Origin: a virus
Reading direction: 5' to 3' (one strand)
DNA length: 64,000 nt
IMG/VR virus record: IMGVR_UViG_3300025778_000010
Span: 44,357-108,356 of that record
The position numbers and the translations under genes are program-made. The notes below the pieces were generated by a model, which had not been told where the DNA came from, did no database searches, and saw nothing but the letters and a program-made list of their open reading frames with translations. Positions within the stretch are counted from its first letter, which is position 1. The number at the start of each line of letters is the position of its first letter. Shown piece by piece: positions 10,034 through 18,465 of this stretch.

Positions 10034-10259
10034 AAGAGCTTATATCGAGCCTCATGACAAGTATGAAGATAATTTTGCCATTACTTTAGAGATAAAAGAT
10101 GGAAAAGATTTAATTTTGGTGGGGAAGATAGATTTGGATAATCCCAAGCCTTGGCTATATACTATGAATAACGAAGATAATGATCTAGTGATCAATAATT
10201 CGGCGGGAATGGAAGCCAACAAATGGGATTATATAACCAAGGAGATATTAGGTGGGTAA
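10014..10259 (+). CDS. hypothetical protein
   Basis: 81 aa ORF overlapping its neighbours in an operon. Confidence 0.55.
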   Translation: MAKIRIERAYIEPHDKYEDNFAITLEIKDGKDLILVGKIDLDNPKPWLYTMNNEDNDLVINNSAGMEANKWDYITKEILGG

Positions 10260-10485
10260 TTTGGGGGAAGAGATTATAAACCAGGAAGCCTTTGATATAT
10301 TAGTTAATATGAGAGAGCTATTAGGGGCTATATTTATTCAAAGCCAGAGGAATTATGATATGTTGTCCATTATTGCTGATAAGCTAGGTGCTGATGCTAC
10401 TGCTTTGACTAAATTGCACGAATCTGGACAGATTCTAGCTCCCGCCCCATCTTTTGTATTTGAAGAAGATGAAGAAAATGCCTAA
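10252..10485 (+). CDS. hypothetical protein
   Basis: 77 aa ORF with AAGGAG SD. Confidence 0.6.
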   Translation: MGNLGEEIINQEAFDILVNMRELLGAIFIQSQRNYDMLSIIADKLGADATALTKLHESGQILAPAPSFVFEEDEENA

Positions 10486-10641
10486 AAGATATTTTTTAAA
10501 ACACGCTAAGCAGATACACTATCGTGATCTGCCTCGTTTTCAGAAGATCTCATCTTTTGAACGCATGATAAACAAAATCGCAAAGTTTTTCCATCTTTAA
10601 TACTTAAAAATCTAGCTTTAAAATAACCACATCTGTTACAA

Positions 10642-11310
10642 TTATTTGTTTCTTGAGATAAAGTCATTTAAGATAGCCTCCGTTGCTGTTAATCCAAATC
10701 TTGTAGCTCCTGCATCATATAATTCTAGTAAATAATCTAAACTTCTGATCTTCCCCGCAGCTTTTACCTCTACTTTTTCAGATACCGACTCTTTCATGAG
10801 CTTAATATGCTCAACTTTAGCACCTTCAGGAGCATATCCTGTTGAAGTTTTCACAAAATTAGCTCCAGCTTGCTCAGATAACCAGCATCCTTGCTCAATT
10901 TCTTCATCTGTAAGGTATGCAGTCTCTAAAATTACCTTTAAAGGTCTCATTTCTACTGCTTGCTTTACAGTTTCAATGTCTTTTACCACCACATCATACT
11001 GTTTTGACTTCAATGCAGCGATATTTAAGACCATATCAAACTCATCTGCTCCATGCATTACCGCAATTTTAGCTTCTAACATCTTTACTTCATGAGTATT
11101 ATAGCCAAAAGGAAATCCAATGACTGTTCCAATTTGTAAACTACTCGATTGACTGAGATTTTTTGCAAATTGTACATGTGTTGGTCTTACCATTGCTAAT
11201 TTTACACCATATCTTAAGGCCAAATTAATGCCTTCTGCAATTTCATACTCAGTTAAAGTAGGTTGTAGCAATGAATGGTCAATCATATTTGCTAATTGTG
11301 TGTAATTCAA
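10642..11310 (-). CDS. deoC: deoxyribose-phosphate aldolase
   Basis: IDHSLL, VIGFPFG, GADEFDMV, LKVILET, FVKTSTG, VKAAG, GATRFG. Confidence 0.93.
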   Translation of the reverse strand: MNYTQLANMIDHSLLQPTLTEYEIAEGINLALRYGVKLAMVRPTHVQFAKNLSQSSSLQIGTVIGFPFGYNTHEVKMLEAKIAVMHGADEFDMVLNIAALKSKQYDVVVKDIETVKQAVEMRPLKVILETAYLTDEEIEQGCWLSEQAGANFVKTSTGYAPEGAKVEHIKLMKESVSEKVEVKAAGKIRSLDYLLELYDAGATRFGLTATEAILNDFISRNK

Positions 11311-11862
11311 TTAATATCTTTCTAATGTAGTAGGATTTAAGTTCTTAATTTGGTCATTTGACCAACCAGTATAAATCATACCAGCTCGGGGAGCTTCTAA
11401 TGTAATAACTCCATGTTTCCATCCTTCAGGAATATAGATTACATCTCCTGGTTCCATAATATACTTAACTTCCTTGCCATTTTCTATAACTGTCCATAAT
11501 GCTTTTCCTATGCAATTCCAGTGAATTTGCTTACCAGGATCAACATGCATAAAAAGTCCCGACCCATGCTCTGTTGTTTGAGAATAGATCATTACTGGTT
11601 CGTTCCAAAGATAGAGTCCAAAAGCTTTGAGCATTGCATCCTCAAATTCTTTAAACCCATTAAAGGCATAAAGCATAGGAAGCTTTTCTCCAGTGTAGTA
11701 AATTGTCAAAAATTCATTTTCTTTTCTAAGCTTACTTTTTGGTACCATCTGACTGCTTTTTACAAAAGTTTCAAAATTAGGCACAACAGGAAAAGCGTTC
11801 TTAAAATGAACAACTTTGTCGTCTTCTAATCTTGCTTGTTTCATTCTTTCTATAAAACTCAT
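11311..11862 (-). CDS. JmjC/cupin-like domain protein
   Basis: HVD...MEPGDVIYIPEGWKHGV. Confidence 0.75.
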   Translation of the reverse strand: MSFIERMKQARLEDDKVVHFKNAFPVVPNFETFVKSSQMVPKSKLRKENEFLTIYYTGEKLPMLYAFNGFKEFEDAMLKAFGLYLWNEPVMIYSQTTEHGSGLFMHVDPGKQIHWNCIGKALWTVIENGKEVKYIMEPGDVIYIPEGWKHGVITLEAPRAGMIYTGWSNDQIKNLNPTTLERY

Positions 11863-12098
11863 ATGCTATATTGTAGCACATTTCCACCAATTTTTTACAA
11901 TGTAACGTGTATCACACTAAATTAGATTTGATCAAAATGTTAATGGATTTTTAAAATGCATGATTCACTTTTAAAAACAAAAAATCAAATTTGAATAGTG
12001 CGCCCGAAATGTCCAAATTGCCCTGGTATGTACCCTAAAGATGTGGTCTATCTCACAAAGTTTTTTTAAAAGATGTCCGATTTGTACGCATTTTGGAG

Positions 12099-12127
12099 TT
12101 GAAAATGTCAGTGGTGTGTGTTATAGT
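12099..12127 (+). promoter_or_regulatory. sigmaA-type promoter with TGTCAG spacer element (first of the class)
   Basis: TTGAAA-17-TATAGT, TG extended -10, TGTCAG at 12106. Confidence 0.7.
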
Positions 12128-12183
12128 TACACTATAAGAAATTAACAAAGGTTGTTAGTTTAACTTAAAGAAAGGAAGTCAAA

Positions 12184-12408
12184 ATGACTTCACTAAATAA
12201 CTACTATAATGAAATCCGTATGGATATTGCTAAAGATTTTGGTCTAGAGGCAGGTGGCTATGCTCCCCGCCCTAAGTTAATGCCTATCACTATCGCTCAG
12301 CGTATTAACGCTAAGTATCCTAGTGTAGATAATGGCTCTCGTTGGGGTCAGCCTAATCCAAAGGCTATCCTAATCGCTAAGCGTTATCACGCTCTGTTTG
12401 TGGCGTAA
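12184..12408 (+). CDS. small early hypothetical protein
   Basis: AAAGAAAGGAAG SD; 74 aa. Confidence 0.7.
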   Translation: MTSLNNYYNEIRMDIAKDFGLEAGGYAPRPKLMPITIAQRINAKYPSVDNGSRWGQPNPKAILIAKRYHALFVA

Positions 12409-12423
12409 GTCACAATCACGGCA

Positions 12424-12464
12424 CGGCGTGTCGAGTTGATTTTGTCAGCCCTATCTGATAGACT
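12424..12464 (+). promoter_or_regulatory. GACAC box plus promoter
   Basis: CGGCGTGTCG, then TTGATT-17-TAGACT with TGTCAG spacer. Confidence 0.7.
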
Positions 12465-12494
12465 TCCAGTCATACAAATTAAATAAAGAAAAAT

Positions 12495-12568
12495 CCTAGT
12501 TGAGCCTCTGAGCCTTAGCAAATAATCCGAAAGGTGAGCCTAAGCAAATAAGAGCAAATAACACTAGG
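12495..12568 (+). ncRNA. candidate structured RNA: long hairpin with three identical internal loops
   Basis: CCTAGT/ACTAGG, CTC/GAG, CTTAG/CTAAG and CC-GAAA-GG stems separated by TGAGC opposite CAAATAA three times; downstream of a promoter. Confidence 0.7.
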
Positions 12569-12619
12569 CAAGGAAAGATAGATAAAAGGTTTATCTATAA
12601 AAAAAGAAAGGTGACTAAT

Positions 12620-12766
12620 ATGTCATACTCATTCGATAATAATAATAAAGACCGTTGGTCAGAACTAGCAGACAATTATCAATCAATGCTAGATGAACTA
12701 GCAGAATCAGAATCAGAATCTGTATTTATCCCCGTACCTGCGTTTGATGTAGACGAGGTGCTCTAA
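12620..12766 (+). CDS. small acidic protein (48 aa, not in ORF track)
   Basis: AAAGAAAGGTG SD; MSYSFDNNNKDRWSELAD... Confidence 0.65.
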   Translation: MSYSFDNNNKDRWSELADNYQSMLDELAESESESVFIPVPAFDVDEVL

Positions 12767-12859
12767 TGACTATAAATAGTTTAACTCTCATTTCACTATT
12801 GCTAGTGTCGTACCTATCTGCTAAACTACTAACCGATAAAGAATGGGGAAAGAATAAAA

Positions 12860-13066
12860 ATGAAAACTAAGATTATCGTACTAGGATTAGCACTCGCTCT
12901 AATTCCCGCCGTTGCTAACGCTCGTGGCACAAGCCATCATTCTTATAGCCTGTCTAGTGTAGGTCGCTACACTTATCACTATCACAAGCCTAGCCATATC
13001 TATTGCCCATATCAAGGCTGTAAAAAATCGTTCTCTAGTTTCACTAGCACTAGTGGCGGAAACTAA
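12860..13066 (+). CDS. small secreted His/Tyr-rich protein
   Basis: signal peptide MKTKIIVLGLALALIPAVANA. Confidence 0.6.
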   Translation: MKTKIIVLGLALALIPAVANARGTSHHSYSLSSVGRYTYHYHKPSHIYCPYQGCKKSFSSFTSTSGGN

Positions 13067-13123
13067 TGTCAGTGGTCTATGGTAGACTACTATTAACAAC
13101 AACAAGAAAAGGAAAATAAATAA

Positions 13124-13288
13124 ATGACAATCGAAAATCGTACTTACCAAATCGGTGACCTATTCACCACACAACGCTCAAAGGTAACAGGAACAATTAA
13201 GGAAATTGTAAATGTAAAGCCTAACCAATCTCGTGTGAAGTTGGAAGTTGACGGCAAAGACCGCTGGACAACTGTCACAATCAAGTAA
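13124..13288 (+). CDS. small beta-rich protein, paralog 1 (54 aa, not in ORF track)
   Basis: AGAAAAGGA SD; TYQIGDLFTT...VTG motif shared with 13368..13538. Confidence 0.75.
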   Translation: MTIENRTYQIGDLFTTQRSKVTGTIKEIVNVKPNQSRVKLEVDGKDRWTTVTIK

Positions 13289-13308
13289 AGTTTAGCAAAT
13301 CGCTAAAC

Positions 13309-13335
13309 GACCTGAGCAAGTCGGAAAAAGGCTCA
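13309..13335 (+). ncRNA. small H-type pseudoknot element (copy 1)
   Basis: GAC-CTGAGCAA-GTC hairpin whose loop TGAGC pairs with downstream GCTCA. Confidence 0.5.
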
Positions 13336-13367
13336 ACTAATACCCAACAAAGAAAAGGAAAAAAAGA

Positions 13368-13538
13368 ATGACACTACACGGATACACTTATCAAATCGGA
13401 GATTTATTCACCACATCAAAGACAGGCGTAACTGGACGAATTAACTCGTTCTCTCCTGTATCAAATAAAGTAACTCGTGTTGGTCTAACTTTAGCAAATG
13501 GCTCAAAGCGTATTGCTATGGTAAAGACAACGAAGTAA
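13368..13538 (+). CDS. small beta-rich protein, paralog 2 (56 aa, not in ORF track)
   Basis: AGAAAAGGA SD; TYQIGDLFTT...VTG. Confidence 0.75.
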   Translation: MTLHGYTYQIGDLFTTSKTGVTGRINSFSPVSNKVTRVGLTLANGSKRIAMVKTTK

Positions 13539-13619
13539 AAATAAAATAAGTTTAGGCGGGACTGCACACTAATAACGACACTCCCGCCTAATTCACAAAA
13601 CACGAAAGGAAAACTAATT

Positions 13620-13802
13620 ATGTCAATGTCACGCAAGGACTATGTTTCAACCGCTGAAATTATTAATTCTTATGCTTCAGAAATTAAACTCGAAGTGCTA
13701 GAAGATCTAGTAAATGATTTCATCGAAATGTTCGCATCAGATAACGAGCGATTCAATAGCGATAGATTTTGGGACGAGTGTTTTAAAAACACAAATCACT
13801 AA
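13620..13802 (+). CDS. small early protein
   Basis: GAAAGGA SD; MSRKDY...DNERFNSDRF. Confidence 0.7.
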   Translation: MSMSRKDYVSTAEIINSYASEIKLEVLEDLVNDFIEMFASDNERFNSDRFWDECFKNTNH

Positions 13803-13816
13803 ATAAAAATAAAAGC

Positions 13817-13850
13817 TTAGGCGTAGCAAAATTGCTACGCCTAATTTTAT
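13817..13850 (+). terminator. intrinsic terminator (potentially bidirectional)
   Basis: TTAGGCGTAGCAA/TTGCTACGCCTAA perfect stem with T/A tails. Confidence 0.7.
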
Positions 13851-13870
13851 TAAAAAATAAAAAAAAATAA

Positions 13871-14097
13871 CGGCGTGTCGGCTTGACAAAGCCGAGCCGA
13901 GGGGCTGGCCCAAAAAATCGGACATTTACGGCATTTAAGACATTCGATATACACAGATTTATCCACAAGCTGTGGATTATTGTTCATCTTAAATTAACCT
14001 AAAACTTACGGCGTGTCGCTTGATTTTTTCGATTTTATCTGATAAACTTCCAGTTATAAAATTAAATAAAGATATAAAAAATGTGATGTACTTCACA
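13871..14097. promoter_or_regulatory. composite regulatory module
   Basis: GACAC boxes (13871, 14009), GCTGGCCC (13904), 9-bp repeats (13917), DnaA boxes (13947-13979), PHO-like repeat (13982), promoter (14020-14048), perfect CRP palindrome (14082). Confidence 0.65.
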
Positions 14098-14206
14098 AAG
14101 TACACGCTCCAAATATTGAGACTACTCCCCAGTATACTCGATAGTAGCGAAAAAGTATGTTAAACTAGCGATAGTTAAACAGTTAAAAAAGAAAGGTGGT
14201 CATAAA

Positions 14207-14506
14207 ATGGCTACACTAGAAGTAAAAGTAAATGATAGTTTTGTTCCGCTTGAGTATGCTCCAAGCGATGTAAAGATTTCTCTTGAGTGGGCGTTAATGA
14301 ATAATGCTCCAATGGTAGTAAAATCCACTACCCCCGCCGTTGTTCGTGTTTGCAAAGTTTGCGAATATGCACACGAAGGTTTGTATTGCACAAATTGTTT
14401 CACGGGTGAGCGTGTAAATTGCTCCCCTGCTGGCAAGTTTAATAAATGGTCAAAAGTGATGCGAATCACACCAACTACTTGCAACAAATCTCGGCGTGTC
14501 GCCTAG
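14207..14506 (+). CDS. small Cys-rich (CxxC x2) protein
   Basis: GAAAGGTGG SD; CKVC...CTNC. Confidence 0.65.
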   Translation: MATLEVKVNDSFVPLEYAPSDVKISLEWALMNNAPMVVKSTTPAVVRVCKVCEYAHEGLYCTNCFTGERVNCSPAGKFNKWSKVMRITPTTCNKSRRVA

Positions 14507-14566
14507 ATAATGTCAGTATAATCTGATATAATTCCAACTATCAACAAAAAGAAAGGTGGCAACTTA

Positions 14567-14791
14567 ATGCTAATCTCAGAAGCCTTAGAAGGCAAATATG
14601 TAAAGTCCTCAAAAGGACAAGGCATAATCCAATATGCAGATTTCCGAAAGGATATGCACCACTCTACCCCTGAGGGTTATCTTGCTTATGCTTGCAAGGT
14701 TCGCCCTACTTATAACCCTGAAGTGCATAAGTTTATTCCAGAAGATTTCTGGACAACAATTTATGTCGGATTGGATAGTGAATTACTATGA
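14567..14791 (+). CDS. small early protein
   Basis: own TGTCAG promoter (14504-14532) and GAAAGGTGG SD. Confidence 0.7.
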   Translation: MLISEALEGKYVKSSKGQGIIQYADFRKDMHHSTPEGYLAYACKVRPTYNPEVHKFIPEDFWTTIYVGLDSELL

Positions 14792-14994
14792 CAATTAAAA
14801 TTGGTGGGCTAGGGCAGACAATTTCTGCCTATTGCCCAGTATGCTCTCAAAAGATGACCCATATGTGTATCGCTACACTTGGAACGGGTAAAACAATTCG
14901 CTATGAGTGGCAATGCCAGCCTTGCGAATTATCTCTAAAGTCTGACTCAACAGGCTATGCTCATCTACTCACAGAAATGGCTTACTATGTCTGA
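14788..14994 (+). CDS. small zinc-ribbon protein
   Basis: CPVC...CQPC; ATGA overlap with upstream gene. Confidence 0.65.
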   Translation: MTIKIGGLGQTISAYCPVCSQKMTHMCIATLGTGKTIRYEWQCQPCELSLKSDSTGYAHLLTEMAYYV

Positions 14995-15103
14995 TAAAAT
15001 TTTCATATGTGATGAATGTGATACCCTTGCCACAATGTCAGTGCAAGGTGATACAATAACTATAAATAAATGTAAGTGCTTAACTTTAGAATGGAGCAAC
15101 TAA
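14987..15103 (+). CDS. 38-aa Cys-containing peptide (not in ORF track)
   Basis: overlaps both neighbours; CDEC...CKC; contains the TGTCAG promoter in frame. Confidence 0.5.
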   Translation: MSDKIFICDECDTLATMSVQGDTITINKCKCLTLEWSN

Positions 15104-15309
15104 TGTACAAAATTACAACAACCTATGACGGAAATCCCGTCCCACACTCTATTCACTCTTATGCTGATGCACTTGATGCGTTTGACTCGTTTGGTCGTTG
15201 CACCGATTGGGGATTTGCAGATGAATATGCAACCTACAATTTAACTTTACCTGATGGAAAAATGTACACAAAGATTTTTTATCGTAGCGGAAAAGTTGGT
15301 GGAAAGTAA
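15103..15309 (+). CDS. small early protein
   Basis: GGAG SD, TAATG coupling; MYKITTTYDG... Confidence 0.65.
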   Translation: MYKITTTYDGNPVPHSIHSYADALDAFDSFGRCTDWGFADEYATYNLTLPDGKMYTKIFYRSGKVGGK

Positions 15310-15517
15310 TGGCAACAACAATTCACCTTGGCGGAATAGAATCAGAATGTGAGAAGTGTCGTGAAATTGCGGGAGAAAATAATGAATAAAGTAAATCGTG
15401 TTCAAGAGTTGCGGAGATCAAATGCTGCAACTCCAATTCGTAACAAGAAAAAATATACACGTAAAAATAAATATAAAAATAAATTTGAATAAATATTTAT
15501 AACATTGCATAGCTATG

Positions 15518-15635
15518 CGACACGCCCGAGTGCGGCTGGCCCCTGTCAACTCGACACGCCGATTACGGGGTGTGATTTTAATCTCCCAAATACTGGCGGG
15601 TACAACTAGATAATGTCAGTGGGTTCTGCTATACT
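15518..15635. promoter_or_regulatory. composite regulatory module
   Basis: GACAC boxes, GCTGGCCC, CRP-like site and TGTCAG promoter; near-duplicate of 17216-17358. Confidence 0.65.
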
Positions 15636-15665
15636 TCCGATATCAAGAAAAGAAAGGGGCATTAA

Positions 15666-15893
15666 ATGTCTACTGTTGCCACATATTGCAAAGATTGCAA
15701 TAAGCGTTTATCTGATATTTCAGTATATGACGCTCCCTATACTTCCGATTCTACTTGCTGGGAGTGTATCTTCAAGTCCTGCGATAACTGCTATGGTCAA
15801 GGAATTACTGGATGGGTATCTCCAGATGGTGATTTTGATTTTGATTATTGCGAGTGCAACCCACTTTGCCTAACACTAGAAGAGGTCAAATAA
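15666..15893 (+). CDS. small Cys-rich protein
   Basis: four CxxC/CxC motifs; GAAAGGGG SD. Confidence 0.65.
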   Translation: MSTVATYCKDCNKRLSDISVYDAPYTSDSTCWECIFKSCDNCYGQGITGWVSPDGDFDFDYCECNPLCLTLEEVK

Positions 15894-16084
15894 TGACTAA
15901 TGAAACTATTTTTGAAGTAGCCTGCCTATACTATGAAGTATGCGGTACAAGCGAAGTATTCTACTCTGAAGAAGAGTATGATATCTATGGCGATGATTAT
16001 GTCTGCCCTGAGTGCTATTATCAGATGGCGGAAATGGAGTCTGATTCCTTCCCGCTATCTTTAGAATATGATGAGGGGGAATAA
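15893..16084 (+). CDS. small acidic Cys protein
   Basis: GAGG SD, TAATG coupling; CPEC. Confidence 0.6.
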   Translation: MTNETIFEVACLYYEVCGTSEVFYSEEEYDIYGDDYVCPECYYQMAEMESDSFPLSLEYDEGE

Positions 16085-16218
16085 TGTCTGACAAGTCTGC
16101 TCAAGATCTATTTAATGAAATGGATACCCTTTGGGATAATTTCAAGAAAGCCACATGGCAAATGTCAGTGGTGCCTGCTACAATAACATCCTTAACCCAA
16201 CCAAAGAATGGAAACTAA
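16084..16218 (+). CDS. 44-aa peptide (not in ORF track)
   Basis: GAGGGGG SD, TAATG coupling. Confidence 0.5.
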   Translation: MSDKSAQDLFNEMDTLWDNFKKATWQMSVVPATITSLTQPKNGN

Positions 16219-16693
16219 CATGACAACAACCCTAACCCGTGGCGAAGCCAAAGATACAATTGATTTCGCAATTGAACAATTTATCAACGAGATTGAAGTC
16301 TCTGATGATATGCTATTAACGATTACCTATGCCGTAAATAATGACTTGCAGATTCGTGATTACTTCCTTGGGCTCCCGTCCGATTATGGTATGCAGGTAT
16401 GCGTTGATTTTGTCAACTATCTTTCACGAGTAACTAATGCACGAGAAGGATATGCATATGACACAATTTCTGCAATGTATCATATTGAACAAGGCAACAC
16501 AGACTTGGCTAAGTCTCTGCTAGAAATTGCAGAAAAAAATAATCCTGATTATAATCTCATGAAACTTGCGAAGAGAATTCTTTCAGCAGGTTGGCCAGGT
16601 TCCGAATTAACTAGAATGCGTAATGAATTGCATTCTTCAGTTGTGGATACTATCACCGAAGAGCCAAATATTTTAATTGAAGAGGTGGCGTAA
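16208..16693 (+). CDS. helical hypothetical protein (DUF4192-like)
   Basis: DLQIRD...A..L..A....PDY.L..L....L.AGWP pattern. Confidence 0.55.
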   Translation: METNMTTTLTRGEAKDTIDFAIEQFINEIEVSDDMLLTITYAVNNDLQIRDYFLGLPSDYGMQVCVDFVNYLSRVTNAREGYAYDTISAMYHIEQGNTDLAKSLLEIAEKNNPDYNLMKLAKRILSAGWPGSELTRMRNELHSSVVDTITEEPNILIEEVA

Positions 16694-16851
16694 TGTCAGC
16701 ACCATATGCAACAATTAACGGCGTTGAGGTTCATGAGGACCTCAACGGCTATGCCGTGGTCATGAAGAATGGCAAGGTAATTAAAAAGTATACCAACTCA
16801 AGAGAAGACGCATTAGGCAAAGCAATGCACTATGCACAGGAGATTAAATAA
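16693..16851 (+). CDS. 52-aa protein (not in ORF track)
   Basis: GAGGTGG SD, TAATG coupling. Confidence 0.6.
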   Translation: MSAPYATINGVEVHEDLNGYAVVMKNGKVIKKYTNSREDALGKAMHYAQEIK

Positions 16852-17067
16852 ATGGCAAAGCATCCACCAGTCAACAGTGCACAATGGCATTCTGTATTTG
16901 CAGATGATCAATGCAAAATTTATCAAGACGGTAACGATGATATTTTTTTCAAGGTCATGATCAAGGGCCAACGTGTTAAATATTTTTATAATGAAACAGC
17001 TCATAGCGACGTTGCACGTTACTGCAGCGACGAGCTTGGAATTAGCTATTGGTCCGTATTAAATTAA
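16852..17067 (+). CDS. small early protein
   Basis: AGGAG SD. Confidence 0.65.
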   Translation: MAKHPPVNSAQWHSVFADDQCKIYQDGNDDIFFKVMIKGQRVKYFYNETAHSDVARYCSDELGISYWSVLN

Positions 17068-17182
17068 TTTAACTTGGGTGGGGAATAAAATGCAAGCGGT
17101 AGCATATGTATTGGTCTATGGATCTGCATTCGCTATCGCATGCATTTTTTATTTTATATTTTCTAAAAAAGATTTTTAAATG

Positions 17183-17358
17183 CGGTGTGTCGAGTTGACA
17201 ACCGTTGATTTTTGGGCTGGCCCGTCAAGCCGACACGCCGTTTACGGGGCGTGATTTTAATCACATGGAATGGGCGGGGACAAAACGGACATATCAGACA
17301 AATCATTATTTAACTTAGGCTTTACGGGTAGACAGATGTCAGCCTTATCTGCTAGAAT
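17183..17358. promoter_or_regulatory. composite regulatory module with inverted GACAC-TTGAC arms around GCTGGCCC
   Basis: CGGTGTGTCGAGTTGAC...GCTGGCCC-GTCAAGCCGACACGCCG, CRP site 17250, 9-bp repeats 17278, promoter TAGACA-18-TAGAAT. Confidence 0.7.
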
Positions 17359-17389
17359 AGGCATACATTAACAGAAAGAAGGAAAAAAT

Positions 17390-18430
17390 ATGACTAACCC
17401 AATGTCACAGGTTCATCGCTCAGAAGTTGAGGATGGTTCTGTATCTCTTGCTGTATCACTTCGCACAAATCCTGCATGGCACTCTTTTGCTAACAAGGTA
17501 TTTGCTAAGGATGAGCAAGTCACAACCGCACAAATGCTAGATGCTGCTAAACTCTCAAATTGGAATGTTTCTCTTGAGTCTGTTTCAGATTTATTGCCAG
17601 ACAACTATGATTCTGTTAGCGAGAATTTTTTGGTTGTTCGTGATAACCCTTACACAGCAGGACAAAAAGATGTTCTCTCAGTTGTAGGCTCACGCTATAA
17701 GGCTGTTCAGAATGAAGAACTCTTTTCTTTTGCAGATAACCTACATGATGGAAACCCTGATGTAAATTGGGAAAGTGCAGGTTCTCTAAAGAATGGTCGT
17801 GTTGTATTTGGCACAATGTCAATTCCCCGCACTATGGTTCTTGACCCTAATGGTGCTAATGACACTACCAATCTTTATCTCGTAGTTTACACTTCACACG
17901 ATGGTTCAGTTGCGGTTCAATCTGCAATTACCCCTGTTCGTGTTATGTGTCAAAACACTCTTAATTTCGCTATGCGTAAGGCTAAGCAATCTTTCAAGAT
18001 TCGCCACACTCAGACAGTAGATGGAAAAATTGCTGCTGCTCGTGAGACTCTAGGTCTAACTCTTGCGTACATGGATGAATTCGAAACACAAGCAAAAGAA
18101 CTTTTCTCTCGTGAAGTGACAAATGCTAAGTTTAGCGAAATCATTAACAAGATGTATCCTAAGCCAGAGGCAGATGTTAAGGGTTCAATCAAGAAGTGGG
18201 AAAACAAGGTTGTTCTGCTTGATGACCTTTACCATAACTCTCCTACTAATGCTAATATCAAGGGTACAGCATGGGGCGTTGTAAATGCTCTAACCGAACG
18301 CCTTGATTACTATCGCACAGCCCGCAAGGGAAACAGCGATTCGCTAATGGCAGGTGCAAGCGGATTTGACCCTGTTATCACAGCAGAAAAAAATAAAATT
18401 GTTAAGCAGGTTCTTGCACTTACCGCTTAA
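17390..18430 (+). CDS. DUF932-family phage/plasmid protein (TIGR03299-like)
   Basis: PAWH, VGSRYKAVQN, ESAGSLKNGRVVF, SHDGS, TPVRVMCQNTL, GTAWGVVNALTE. Confidence 0.85.
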   Translation: MTNPMSQVHRSEVEDGSVSLAVSLRTNPAWHSFANKVFAKDEQVTTAQMLDAAKLSNWNVSLESVSDLLPDNYDSVSENFLVVRDNPYTAGQKDVLSVVGSRYKAVQNEELFSFADNLHDGNPDVNWESAGSLKNGRVVFGTMSIPRTMVLDPNGANDTTNLYLVVYTSHDGSVAVQSAITPVRVMCQNTLNFAMRKAKQSFKIRHTQTVDGKIAAARETLGLTLAYMDEFETQAKELFSREVTNAKFSEIINKMYPKPEADVKGSIKKWENKVVLLDDLYHNSPTNANIKGTAWGVVNALTERLDYYRTARKGNSDSLMAGASGFDPVITAEKNKIVKQVLALTA

Positions 18431-18436
18431 TAAATT

Positions 18437-18465
18437 GTGAGGGGCGAAAGCCCCTCACCTCTCTT
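18437..18465 (+). terminator. GAAA-capped hairpin (terminator or processing signal)
   Basis: GTGAGGGGC-GAAA-GCCCCTCAC. Confidence 0.55.
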
